Source of the DNA: a virus
Direction: 5' to 3' (one strand)
IMG/VR virus record: IMGVR_UViG_3300046792_000213
Location: 1 to 64,000 of that record
DNA length: 64,000 bases
This document shows positions 35,470-43,961 of the stretch, piece by piece (position 1 is the first letter of the stretch; each line of letters starts with the position of its first letter). The translations under genes were made by a program, and so were the position numbers. The notes under the pieces are model-generated. The model saw nothing but the letters and a program-made list of their open reading frames with translations, did not search any database and was not told the origin of the DNA.

Positions 35470-38103
35470 TCAGGCGGGCATCGGGTAGCACCGGCAGTTG
35501 GGATGCGCCGGCGGGGCATCGGACCCGTCCGGCCACGCGTCGCCGATGGCGCGGGCTCCAGCAGTTGCGTTGGCGGTGCAGACCGGGCAGGCATCGGGCT
35601 CAGCCACCCACCGCCACTCCGTGATCCCCGCGGCGGTGTACTCCTGGCGGGCGGCCTCACTGGTTGCCCGGGTGAGTTCGGTGAGGGCGACTCGGCGTGC
35701 CCATGCGTCGTCCGTCAGGGCGTCACGCAGTAGGTCGGCGAGTTCCTCGCGGCCAAGGCCCCGGCGCTTTGCGTCGGCCAGGATGCGTGCGAACGTCTGC
35801 AGGCGCCTGTCTGCGATGGGGGGTATGCGGGTCTTGCTGTCGTCGAGGAACGCGGCGAGAGCGTCGGCCATGACCGTGGTGAGCCGTTGCCGGGTGGTGG
35901 CGTCGTCTCCGATGGTCCAGTTGAACTCAGCCCTGGTGCCGGTGGTAACCGCATGTGCGGAAATCGCACCGATGACCCAACCCTCGGACCAAATCCCGGC
36001 GAGCACCGCCGCAAGAGGTGCGGTGAGGCTGACCCCTTGGGCCACGAGGAACGCCACAGCCACAGCCAAGGCGGCGTCGGGGTCGCCCTCCTGTGGTGGC
36101 ACTACCGCTTCCTGTGCGATCCACCGTTCGGCCAGTTGATCAGCGTCAACGGTCGAGGCGACGTCGCTACTGAGGCGGTCGGCCCACAGGGTGGCGGTGT
36201 CCTGGTCGCGGTCCCATCCGGGCCAGGCGACCGCATCACCTTTTGGGTCAGCGCTCACCCCGTCGGGCGGGGCGAAGACCACGTGTTGATCGTTCAGGCC
36301 CGTCGGTGCATCGGCCTTGGTAACGGTCTGGAACTGGAAAGGCCGCTTCGGTGCTGGGTTCTTGCGTGCCCAGCGGCGGTAGGAGGCGAGTTCGGTTTTG
36401 ACCTGCTCGGCCCGGTCGTCGTCCTCCTCTGGGTCCTTGGTGTTCGTGTCCGGGCCGTGGGGGGCGTCGAGGACACCGTCGGCGTCCGTGTCGGCCTGTG
36501 GCGGCCCAACGATCGGCCCCACCACTTCCCCGGCCGGGGCCAGGTCTGATGCTCCCGCGAGGAACACCAGGCCGCGTGCTGTACGCACCACAGGCATGTC
36601 CGCTTCGGGAAAGTCGAACCTTGGGAGACCCATGCGGTCGCGGTCTTCGTTGTAGGTCATCCGGCCGGCCTCAACGCGGGCTGCGGCGACCTCATCGGCC
36701 GCGGCGGCGTCTTCCTCTTCGAGACCGAGGAAGCGGATCTCCAGCTCGGACGGCATGCCAAGGTGCTTGCGGGAGATGTCCGTGAGGAGCTGCTGCAACC
36801 AGCGCAGTGTGGGCAGCGTGCCCTTGCGCTGCTGCACGTCGGCTTGGCCCTCGTGCCACCCGCTGCTGCCGAGGCCGCCCTGCTCGGTGAACCCGAGTTC
36901 GGCGATGGTCACGTCGAAGTGGGCGGCCATGAGCTTGACCAGGAACAGGTCGTACTCGGGCTTGTACCGTTCGGCGACGTCCTGCTCGGTGTTGATGTCG
37001 AAGCCGGGCGGCAGGACCCGCATCCGGTGCCGGGCCGCGGTGCCACCGGAGTAGGTGTCGTTGAGGTTCGTCTCGTACTCAAGGACCTGCGACGGGGTCC
37101 ACCCGGTCTGCCCATTCTGGGTGATCCATCCGGCGGGCAGGGTGCCCTCGGTGTACTCGTCACGGATCCATTTGCGGCGGCGCAGCCACACGTCGACGTC
37201 TTCGAGGGCCTGCTCGACGGCGGAGTACCCGTAGGGGGTGTGGGCGCGGACGTTGCGCCGCTTGTAGACGAGCCGGTCGGAGCGGTACCCGTTGAGGACG
37301 TTCCCGTCGGCGTCGGTGTCCGCGATGAACTCCCCGCGGGGGAAGCCCCACAGGATCTGCTGGAATGCCGGATTCGGGGGCGCCGGCCGGCCGCCGCGGT
37401 GATCCCGCAGCGGCTTGATGGTGGACCCGTCGAGGATCTCCAGGGCGTACAGGTCCCCGCCGTAGGTCAGCCGCGGGTAAATCGCAACCGCGTCGAGCAC
37501 CAGGTGCTCTTCGAGGAGCTTCGAGCACCAGTCGCCGAAGGACTCGTCCTGCCCGGGGTCGGGCTGCTCCCAGAAGCGGGTGCACCGGGCGATGTCCGGT
37601 GACAGGCGCTCGCGTAGGGCGCCCTCCACCTCGGAGCGGGGCTTGCCCGTGGTGTGCTGGGCCGCCTCCACGGCCTGCTTGGTGATGGTGACTGCCCAGT
37701 CCAGGCCGGCCACCTCCGCTTTGCGGATCTCAATGCAGCGGCGGGGCAGCCCGCCGGCGTCGGCAGCGTCCCGCAGGACCTTCCACGGCACCAACCGGTC
37801 GCCAGTCAGTCCGATGTTGCTGGTGACTGGGTATTCGTTGAAGCGGGGCTCGGGGCGGCCGGTGTCCGGGCGGGGCGGGTCGATCGCCGCCGGGAACAGG
37901 GGCACGCCCGGCCCGAAGGCGACCTGCGGGTCGGTGCGGGGCAGCGGTACAGACACGCCGGTGACCTGTTGGCCGCCGCGGGCCGAAGCGTTGGCGATCG
38001 AGGCGACCTGCTCTGCGGTGAACGTCGCAACGGGCGTCGTCGCCGGGCTGATCGCCTTCGTGATCTCGGGGATGCGCCGGAACAGGTCACGCCAGCGAGC
38101 CAC
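35470..38103 (-). CDS. Portal protein fused to MuF/gpF minor-head domain
   Basis: LDGSTIKP, YGYSAVE, TYNEDRDRMGL (portal); TELTRA...W.W...DACPVC...PPAHPNCRC (MuF). Confidence 0.85.
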   Translation of the reverse strand: MARWRDLFRRIPEITKAISPATTPVATFTAEQVASIANASARGGQQVTGVSVPLPRTDPQVAFGPGVPLFPAAIDPPRPDTGRPEPRFNEYPVTSNIGLTGDRLVPWKVLRDAADAGGLPRRCIEIRKAEVAGLDWAVTITKQAVEAAQHTTGKPRSEVEGALRERLSPDIARCTRFWEQPDPGQDESFGDWCSKLLEEHLVLDAVAIYPRLTYGGDLYALEILDGSTIKPLRDHRGGRPAPPNPAFQQILWGFPRGEFIADTDADGNVLNGYRSDRLVYKRRNVRAHTPYGYSAVEQALEDVDVWLRRRKWIRDEYTEGTLPAGWITQNGQTGWTPSQVLEYETNLNDTYSGGTAARHRMRVLPPGFDINTEQDVAERYKPEYDLFLVKLMAAHFDVTIAELGFTEQGGLGSSGWHEGQADVQQRKGTLPTLRWLQQLLTDISRKHLGMPSELEIRFLGLEEEDAAAADEVAAARVEAGRMTYNEDRDRMGLPRFDFPEADMPVVRTARGLVFLAGASDLAPAGEVVGPIVGPPQADTDADGVLDAPHGPDTNTKDPEEDDDRAEQVKTELASYRRWARKNPAPKRPFQFQTVTKADAPTGLNDQHVVFAPPDGVSADPKGDAVAWPGWDRDQDTATLWADRLSSDVASTVDADQLAERWIAQEAVVPPQEGDPDAALAVAVAFLVAQGVSLTAPLAAVLAGIWSEGWVIGAISAHAVTTGTRAEFNWTIGDDATTRQRLTTVMADALAAFLDDSKTRIPPIADRRLQTFARILADAKRRGLGREELADLLRDALTDDAWARRVALTELTRATSEAARQEYTAAGITEWRWVAEPDACPVCTANATAGARAIGDAWPDGSDAPPAHPNCRCYPMPA

Positions 38104-38123
38104 GGTGCACCCCCGGTCCGTTG

Positions 38124-39590
38124 TCAGGCGGCAGTGCCACCGGCTTCACGCATCTGCCGCAACCAGTCCATGGCCTGCGCCGCAGAGCCCTGGTTGATCA
38201 GGAGGCGGGCGAGGGCTTGACTGGTGCCGTCGACCTGGTCGTCGTGCGCGCCGTTCGGAAACGAGGAGTGCTCGACGATGAAGTCGTCAACCCAGGGCGC
38301 CATCGATGGCTCCGGCAGGAACACGTTCCCAGCCTCCTGGAACGGGGACACCGCCGAGGCTCGCGCGTACTTCGACCCTTCGGGGTTGATGGGGATCATG
38401 CCGGGGACAGTCGACCGCAACTGCGCGATCACCGCGGATCCGTTGGCTTTGTCCTCGACCAGTTTCGCGTTGGCCTGCGGCCACTTCGCCGACAGGGCCT
38501 GCAGCGCCCGGCAGGTGGCAGGAAAGTCGAGGCGGTCACGGATCTGGTCGAGGAGGTACACCTCGGCGCCGAACCGCGCCCAGACCTGGCCGACAACGAA
38601 GTCGCTTCCCTTGGTGTCCTTGAACGCCATGTCCCAGGACTGGATGACCTCGTCCGCGCCGTGTATCCAGCGCGTTCCGTCTTCCCGCACAGCCCACTTC
38701 GGCGCCGGGTACCAGCGCCACTTCGACCGTTTGAACAGGCCACCTTCGGCAGGCGCGGGACGCCCTTGGTAGAGGCTCGCCCAGGTCGCGGCCCCGACGT
38801 CTCGTTTAGTGTCTTCCCAGTCCTTTGGGCTGCGCCCGCGGGCCGAGGTGAGGTATTCACCTGGGGCACGCCCGAGCGGGTCGCTCTGGTCTTCGGCTTG
38901 GGCGGGAACGTTGATGTACCGCCAGTCGCCGGCCGACGGCCCGGACAGGAGCCGGCCGGACAGGTCGTCTTCGTGCCACCGGGTCTGCACGACGACCACG
39001 ACCGCGTCGGGAGCAAGGCGGGTACGGGCGGTGTCCGTCCAGAAGTCCCAGCAGGCTTGCCGGTACGTCGGCGAGTCGGCTTCTTTGCGGCCCTTGAGGG
39101 GGTCGTCGATGATCAGGACATCGACGGGGCGCCCGGTGAGCGCGCCGCCAATGCCGACGGAGTAGACGCCGCCGAGTGCGTCCATGAGCTGCCATTCGTG
39201 GGCAGCTGAGGTGTCGTGCCGGACGGTCAGGCCGAGTTCGGGGTGGACGGCGATGTCGTTGCGGATTGCCCGGCCCCAGCGCCTGGCGACTCCGAGTTCG
39301 TAGGAGACGATCGCGATCCGCAGGTCCGGGTTCCTGGTGAGCAGCCAGGTGGGGAACCGGCGGGAAGTCCGCTCGGACTTCCCTTCCTGTGGCGGCATGG
39401 AGAAGATCAGGCGCTTGCAGCGCCCCTCTGCGACGTCCACGAGGTTGTCGTCAAGGAGTTGCAGGGCTGCGGTCTGGCGGGTCCGCGGGTCGGCGTGCTG
39501 GGCCAACTCTCCCGGTGAGCTGAATTTGCCAGTGCCGGGTTCTTCGATCTGATCCGCAGCTCCGTCGAGGTAGTCCGTCACGGCTGCCAC
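38124..39590 (-). CDS. Terminase large subunit
   Basis: SMPPQEGKS, LIIDDP, QTRWHEDDL, SWDMAFK, VEDKANG, FPNGAHDDQVD. Confidence 0.95.
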   Translation of the reverse strand: MAAVTDYLDGAADQIEEPGTGKFSSPGELAQHADPRTRQTAALQLLDDNLVDVAEGRCKRLIFSMPPQEGKSERTSRRFPTWLLTRNPDLRIAIVSYELGVARRWGRAIRNDIAVHPELGLTVRHDTSAAHEWQLMDALGGVYSVGIGGALTGRPVDVLIIDDPLKGRKEADSPTYRQACWDFWTDTARTRLAPDAVVVVVQTRWHEDDLSGRLLSGPSAGDWRYINVPAQAEDQSDPLGRAPGEYLTSARGRSPKDWEDTKRDVGAATWASLYQGRPAPAEGGLFKRSKWRWYPAPKWAVREDGTRWIHGADEVIQSWDMAFKDTKGSDFVVGQVWARFGAEVYLLDQIRDRLDFPATCRALQALSAKWPQANAKLVEDKANGSAVIAQLRSTVPGMIPINPEGSKYARASAVSPFQEAGNVFLPEPSMAPWVDDFIVEHSSFPNGAHDDQVDGTSQALARLLINQGSAAQAMDWLRQMREAGGTAA

Positions 39591-39592
39591 CT

Positions 39593-40348
39593 CTAGTCGG
39601 ACGACGTCCTGAGCCTCTGTGCGGCGATTCGGCGGGCCTCTACGGGGTCGCCGCCGCCGCCGATGAAGTAGGCGATGACGTCGTTGACGGCCGCCACGAC
39701 TCGGGTCATCTTGTCTTCTTCGATCTTCGCCAGGCGTTCGTCGATGCCGAGTTTGGCGTATGCGAGGAGCCTGTCGCCGACGCGTCCGAGGGCGCGCTCA
39801 TAGACGACGATCTCGGAGCGGAGCTGCTCGGCACCGCGGGCGTCGGTGTAGCGGATGTCGTCCGCCCCGAGGTCTTTGACGAGGGTGGCGAGAATGTCCT
39901 TGAACAGGACTTCCTCGCCAATGTGCTGCGACAGCGCCGTGAGCGGGTTGTCGACAGGCACGATGTCGAACAGGGTGGCGAGCTGACGGGCCTTCTTCTC
40001 GATCTTGGCTTCTGCCACGCGTCGCTCACCTGCCGCTCTCGTGATCGGGTTGGATCCGCCGTGCCGCCAGCAGACAGTCAGGCCTTTCATCGCCCAGAGT
40101 TTGCAGGGCCGGGTGAGGTGCCCGTCGGCGTCTTGGGCTTTGCCCTGGCAGCGACGGTCCTCGGGTGGGGTCTGTGAGGGGATGTTCTTCCGGTCGGGCG
40201 AGTGGGACTGGCAGACGTCCCGGCCCTTCATCGTCCACTGCGGGCACCGGTACGGGGGTCCCGCGTAGTGGTGCCCGTCGACCATGGCCTTGCAGCGCCG
40301 CTCTGGGGGCGGGTCCCCGGCCTTGTCCTGCGGGTGGTCGCGCGCCAT
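39593..40348 (-). CDS. Probable terminase small subunit with two Cys/His repeats
   Basis: RRC...C..W.MKG..VC..H twice (second ends HGG); directly upstream of the large subunit. Confidence 0.6.
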   Translation of the reverse strand: MARDHPQDKAGDPPPERRCKAMVDGHHYAGPPYRCPQWTMKGRDVCQSHSPDRKNIPSQTPPEDRRCQGKAQDADGHLTRPCKLWAMKGLTVCWRHGGSNPITRAAGERRVAEAKIEKKARQLATLFDIVPVDNPLTALSQHIGEEVLFKDILATLVKDLGADDIRYTDARGAEQLRSEIVVYERALGRVGDRLLAYAKLGIDERLAKIEEDKMTRVVAAVNDVIAYFIGGGGDPVEARRIAAQRLRTSSD

Positions 40349-40364
40349 GACCCTCCCTGCGGAG

Positions 40365-40766
40365 TTACCAGCCCTCGGGTAGCTGCGCGGGCTCGTCACC
40401 GGGGTCGGACTGCGGGGGCTGTTCGGGGGTGCAGTCGCAGCCGGGCAGGTCGCTGGTGGCGGGGGCCGTGCAGGACCCTTGGTGGACGAGGGACGCGGCG
40501 TCCAGGGTGATCGCGTGATGGAGGCAGCCGTGGACGGCGCGCGTGTAGTCGGCGCAGTCGGGCAGCGGCCCGAACTCGGGGAGCGGCTTGTCGTGGTCGG
40601 CGAGGAGCAGCACCTGGTCCCGGCGGTCCCGCTCGATCTGCTGAGCGGCAGCGATTTCATCGCCGGTGAGGCGCCGCTGCCAGTGCACAACCGCAGTGTC
40701 ACCGCACAGGCCGCACGTAGGGCCCGCGAGGGCAATGGGTGCGGGCTCAATGTCGGGCTCGATCAT
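40365..40766 (-). CDS. Cys-rich hypothetical protein
   Basis: CGLCG...W.RRLT; coupled position. Confidence 0.55.
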   Translation of the reverse strand: MIEPDIEPAPIALAGPTCGLCGDTAVVHWQRRLTGDEIAAAQQIERDRRDQVLLLADHDKPLPEFGPLPDCADYTRAVHGCLHHAITLDAASLVHQGSCTAPATSDLPGCDCTPEQPPQSDPGDEPAQLPEGW

Positions 40767-40872
40767 GTGACTCCCCTGTCGGTGCGCTTGGGCGGCGTGA
40801 ACGAACGCTGGGGGGCGCAGCGAGGCCCAGCGGAACCACGGCGGCGAGGTAACGGAGCAGCTCAACCACGGG

Positions 40873-41064
40873 CTACGCCTCCTCTGTGAGTTCGGTGTCG
40901 GAGGTGGCGGTGAACCCGATGGGGGGCTTGGCCAGCGTTGCGGGTGTGGCGTCGAGGAGGCGCCGCGCGGTCGCTTCGGCCTCGGCGAGCTTCTTCCGGC
41001 CGCTGCCCTTGATGCGGACGAAGACCTGCTTGTCACCGGACACGATGGTGATCCGCACCCTCAC
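40873..41064 (-). CDS. Small hypothetical protein
   Basis: GAGGAG RBS; ends PPIGF. Confidence 0.45.
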   Translation of the reverse strand: MRVRITIVSGDKQVFVRIKGSGRKKLAEAEATARRLLDATPATLAKPPIGFTATSDTELTEEA

Positions 41065-41104
41065 TCCTCACGATCACGCCTACCGACAACCGGGGCCCGG
41101 CGCT

Positions 41105-41407
41105 TCATCCGCCTCCGCCCGTACCGCCGCTTCTGCCGGGCGCCGGGGTGGTTACGCTCGGCAACGACGACGACGGAGCAGCGGTGCTGCAGGCCGCGGG
41201 GTTGAAGACCGAGCACTCCGTCGGCGTGGCGGTGGGAGGGGGTGTGGTCGGGGGCGGCAGCGTCGGGTGCGTCGGCGGGGGTGTCGTCGGAGGGCGCGTG
41301 GGCGTGACCGTGATCGGCACTGGTCCCGGCTTGTCGTGGGCGCACGCGGCAAGACCGCCAAGCGCCAGGACCGCGACAGCAGCAGCAGTGAGAGCGCGCA
41401 GGCGCAT
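41105..41407 (-). CDS. Pro/Thr-rich lipoprotein
   Basis: Signal peptide with lipobox LAAC. Confidence 0.6.
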   Translation of the reverse strand: MRLRALTAAAVAVLALGGLAACAHDKPGPVPITVTPTRPPTTPPPTHPTLPPPTTPPPTATPTECSVFNPAACSTAAPSSSLPSVTTPAPGRSGGTGGGG

Positions 41408-41433
41408 GGGACTCCCCTGGGAGTAGAGGGATT

Positions 41434-41508
41434 TGGAATGCCCGGCAGGATTCGAACCCACGTCACCCGGGTTGGAGCCGGGTGTTCTCGCCGCTGAACT
41501 ACGGACAC
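41434..41508 (-). tRNA. tRNA-Trp(CCA)
   Basis: GTGTCCG/CGGGCAT acceptor, CCCGG-CTCCAAC-CCGGG anticodon arm, GGTTCGAATCC, encoded CCA. Confidence 0.85.
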
Positions 41509-41561
41509 AAGCAGGCCGCCGGCCCGCGGGGCGAAGTTCCGCGACTCGCCGGCGACCGCCC

Positions 41562-41651
41562 GAGGATGCTCTACCTACCTGAGCTACCAGCCAGACCGTG
41601 CACGATCCTGTTGTGGCCGGGCGGGACTTGAACCCGCGACCTTCCCCTTCG
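41562..41651 (-). ncRNA. Circularly permuted tRNA-like RNA (YrlA-like topology)
   Basis: 3' half (GGGGA-AGGTC-GCGGG TTCAAGT CCCGC-CCGGCCA) precedes 5' half (TGGCTGG-TA-GCTC AGGTAGGTA GAGC-A-TCCTC); all four stems pair. Confidence 0.75.
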
Positions 41652-41726
41652 TGGCAGCGACAGGATTTGAACCTGCGACCTCCGGGTTATGAGCCCGGCG
41701 AGCTGACCGACCTGCTCCACGCTGCT
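41652..41726 (-). tRNA. tRNA-Met(CAT), initiator type
   Basis: CGGG-CTCATAA-CCCG (three G-C pairs), 1:72 mismatch, GGTTCAAATCC; CCA not encoded. Confidence 0.85.
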
Positions 41727-41819
41727 TCGTTCAGGCTAGGCGCCTGCTGGCCGCCGGTGCGACCGGGTTTTGCCCCGCTGCCGGGCGCGGTGTCCGTGGG
41801 CCGGCTGGGCAGCGGGTGA

Positions 41820-42086
41820 TTAGGGGTGGCGATCGAACAGGTGCCAGACGAGGCCGTGAGGGGCGAGTGCGGTCCCCCGGTAGTGGAGAGCCGAGTCGTC
41901 GGGGAGCGGCTGGCCCGTCCCAAAGACTCGGAAGGCGCAGGTGGCCCCGGCGCTGCCGTCGCTGAATGCCCACAGCTCAACCGTGTCCGAACGTCTGGCC
42001 GCGATGTGGAGCACGTCACCCGACAGGGAAATGGTGTGCCACTGGTCATCGACGGGGATCTCGTACCGGTGGATGGCGAGCGGCAT
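41820..42086 (-). CDS. Conserved phage protein (DUF7352-like)
   Basis: IHRYEIP...FRVFGTGQPLP...YRGT...LVWHLF; GGAGG RBS. Confidence 0.65.
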   Translation of the reverse strand: MPLAIHRYEIPVDDQWHTISLSGDVLHIAARRSDTVELWAFSDGSAGATCAFRVFGTGQPLPDDSALHYRGTALAPHGLVWHLFDRHP

Positions 42087-42208
42087 ATCGGCGTCCTCCG
42101 CGGTGGGTGGGCGCGGCCCGAGCCCGTCAGGTCGGGCCGCGCGGCAGGGTCGCCTTCTGGCATCGCCTGCGGACCGCAACCCGGGGGGGTGGGTGCGGCG
42201 ATCGGGGG

Positions 42209-42433
42209 TCAGGCCGCGGCGTAGGTGCGGCGTGCGCGCTCGCGGGTCGCCTTCTCGGCACGGATCACATCGATGGCGAGGAAGAGAGGGCCGCCACGCC
42301 AGTCACGCCCGGCCTCGGTGAGAACCCCGCGGTACTTCCAGTTGCGGACCACGTTCGGCTTCACGCCCGCCGCTTCGGCGGCCTGGGCGACTGTCCAGTG
42401 GGTCGTCTGCAAGTCAACGTCGAGGTCGATCAC
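42209..42433 (-). CDS. MerR-like HTH protein (candidate late regulator)
   Basis: TVAQAAEAAGVKPNVVRNWKYRG. Confidence 0.7.
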   Translation of the reverse strand: MIDLDVDLQTTHWTVAQAAEAAGVKPNVVRNWKYRGVLTEAGRDWRGGPLFLAIDVIRAEKATRERARRTYAAA

Positions 42434-42463
42434 GGCAACGCACCCCCGCGGCCTGGGTAAACG

Positions 42464-42493
42464 AAAAGGCCCCGCGTATTTGGCGGGGCCTTC
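42464..42493 (-). terminator. Intrinsic terminator
   Basis: AAGGCCCCGC...GCGGGGCCTTTT on the minus strand. Confidence 0.6.
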
Positions 42494-42547
42494 CGGAAGC
42501 GTGCATGGTTCTCCGTGGGACAGGATCATGCATGATGCGGTGCCTCG

Positions 42548-43360
42548 TCAAGCTGCGGCGATAATCGACGCATTCAGCGCCTTGACATACGCGTCGTACT
42601 CGGGGCGGGTGATGATCCGGCGGCAGTCCGGGTCGCGGCATTCGATGTACGGCTCATCGTTGACCAACCGCAGCTCACGAGACTCCACCAGGTACGGGCC
42701 GTGGCAGCGCGGGCACGGTGCAAGACGGCGCACTTCCCGCTGCTCGTCCTGCTTCGTGAAGTACAGGCAGGTGCGGTACCAGCCACTCACCTGCCCGCCG
42801 GGGTTGGCGTTGTCGCGCCCCCAGGGTTCCCATGCAGCGGGGTGATGTTGCATCACCCAGTCCCAATGGGCGCTGAGCGTTTGGACGCTGGCGTTGAGCC
42901 AGTGGCTTTCCCGGCCGGTCGCGGGGAGTCCGTGGTTGGTGCGGTAGTCCGACCAGAGGGCGGCGACAGCTTCGGCTGGGCGTGCGCCGGCGGCGCTTCT
43001 GGGCCCGACGGATATGCCGCGTAGTTCGAGGACGTCGGCCCGCAGTTCTGTCATCTCCCCGACGATGCGGTCGACGAGGAGCCGGGATGCCTGGCCGGGC
43101 CATGTGGCGACGGTGACACGGCCGATGGTTCCGGTGGCCTTGGCGGGCGTGCCTGTCACGGCTTCACTGAGGACTGCGACGATGAGCGCGGGTATGGCGG
43201 CGAGTTGTTCGCGGGTGCGGTCGACGCAGCCGTGGCACTGGGTCGGCTGGCCCCAGGCGGGCTGGATGGCGTGCTCGACGCCGGTTACGGTCTGGGCTTC
43301 TTCGGCTTTGCGCCAGGCGGTGTTGCACGGGCCGGGGCAGGCGGCGGGGGCGTTTTGCAT
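42548..43360 (-). CDS. Zinc-finger protein at the early/late boundary (candidate late activator)
   Basis: CPGPC...CHGC and CPRC...CRDPDC. Confidence 0.55.
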   Translation of the reverse strand: MQNAPAACPGPCNTAWRKAEEAQTVTGVEHAIQPAWGQPTQCHGCVDRTREQLAAIPALIVAVLSEAVTGTPAKATGTIGRVTVATWPGQASRLLVDRIVGEMTELRADVLELRGISVGPRSAAGARPAEAVAALWSDYRTNHGLPATGRESHWLNASVQTLSAHWDWVMQHHPAAWEPWGRDNANPGGQVSGWYRTCLYFTKQDEQREVRRLAPCPRCHGPYLVESRELRLVNDEPYIECRDPDCRRIITRPEYDAYVKALNASIIAAA

Positions 43361-43426
43361 GACGGGCTCCCAGGTGTGCGGGTACGCCCACATTCTGCGG
43401 CATGCGCCCGACAGCGCCCCGCGGTG

Positions 43427-43624
43427 TCAGCGGGGGTGCGGTTCACCGTCCGCCTTGCCGGGCCAGTCGTGGCCTACGGGTTCGGCGCACCAGCACCGGT
43501 AGCCGAGGCTGAGCACCCTGCCGATGCCCCCGCGTTCACGGTCGGCGTTCGGGCCGTGGCGGTACTTCGCGCGGATGGATGCCTCTACGGCCTTGAGTGC
43601 TGCGTCACGTCGAAGGATCGGCAT
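43427..43624 (-). CDS. Small hypothetical protein
   Basis: GGAGGAGG RBS; CWC...H. Confidence 0.45.
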   Translation of the reverse strand: MPILRRDAALKAVEASIRAKYRHGPNADRERGGIGRVLSLGYRCWCAEPVGHDWPGKADGEPHPR

Positions 43625-43961
43625 CGGCCACCTCCTCCGAGGTATCGACCGGCTCATCGGCAATGATCACGCGCACTTGCTGGCCTTCGAACCGGCCAAT
43701 GATCTCGATCAAGTCGTGGTCGCCAACTTTGAGAACGTCAGGGTCCATGGGCGTGTATTCGCTATAGCCCCAACCGACGTCTACGGACAGGTCGCCCGTG
43801 TAGCGCTCGTCCATGATGGCGACAGTCACGGGCTTGCTGAACCCAGCTTCGCTGATCGCGCTGACCAAGTCGACGTCGCCGAACCAGACCGCGCCACGAA
43901 GCCCGTCAGCGCTCCGCCACCGGTCGCCTGTGGTCACCAGCCCGGTCAGGTTGATCCTCAC
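43605..43961 (-). CDS. Hypothetical protein
   Basis: GTGA coupling, GAGGAG RBS. Confidence 0.5.
   Translation of the reverse strand: MRINLTGLVTTGDRWRSADGLRGAVWFGDVDLVSAISEAGFSKPVTVAIMDERYTGDLSVDVGWGYSEYTPMDPDVLKVGDHDLIEIIGRFEGQQVRVIIADEPVDTSEEVADADPST

Noticed and set aside
41509-41651. Two-piece tmRNA or intron-containing tRNA interpretation
   Set aside because: It has a full D-stem, no G3:U70 alanine acceptor and no tag reading frame. The halves are in reversed order, which an intron cannot explain.
41434-41726. tRNAs as prophage attachment sites
   Set aside because: They lie inside the late operon, no duplicated tRNA 3' end was seen elsewhere, and no integrase is adjacent.
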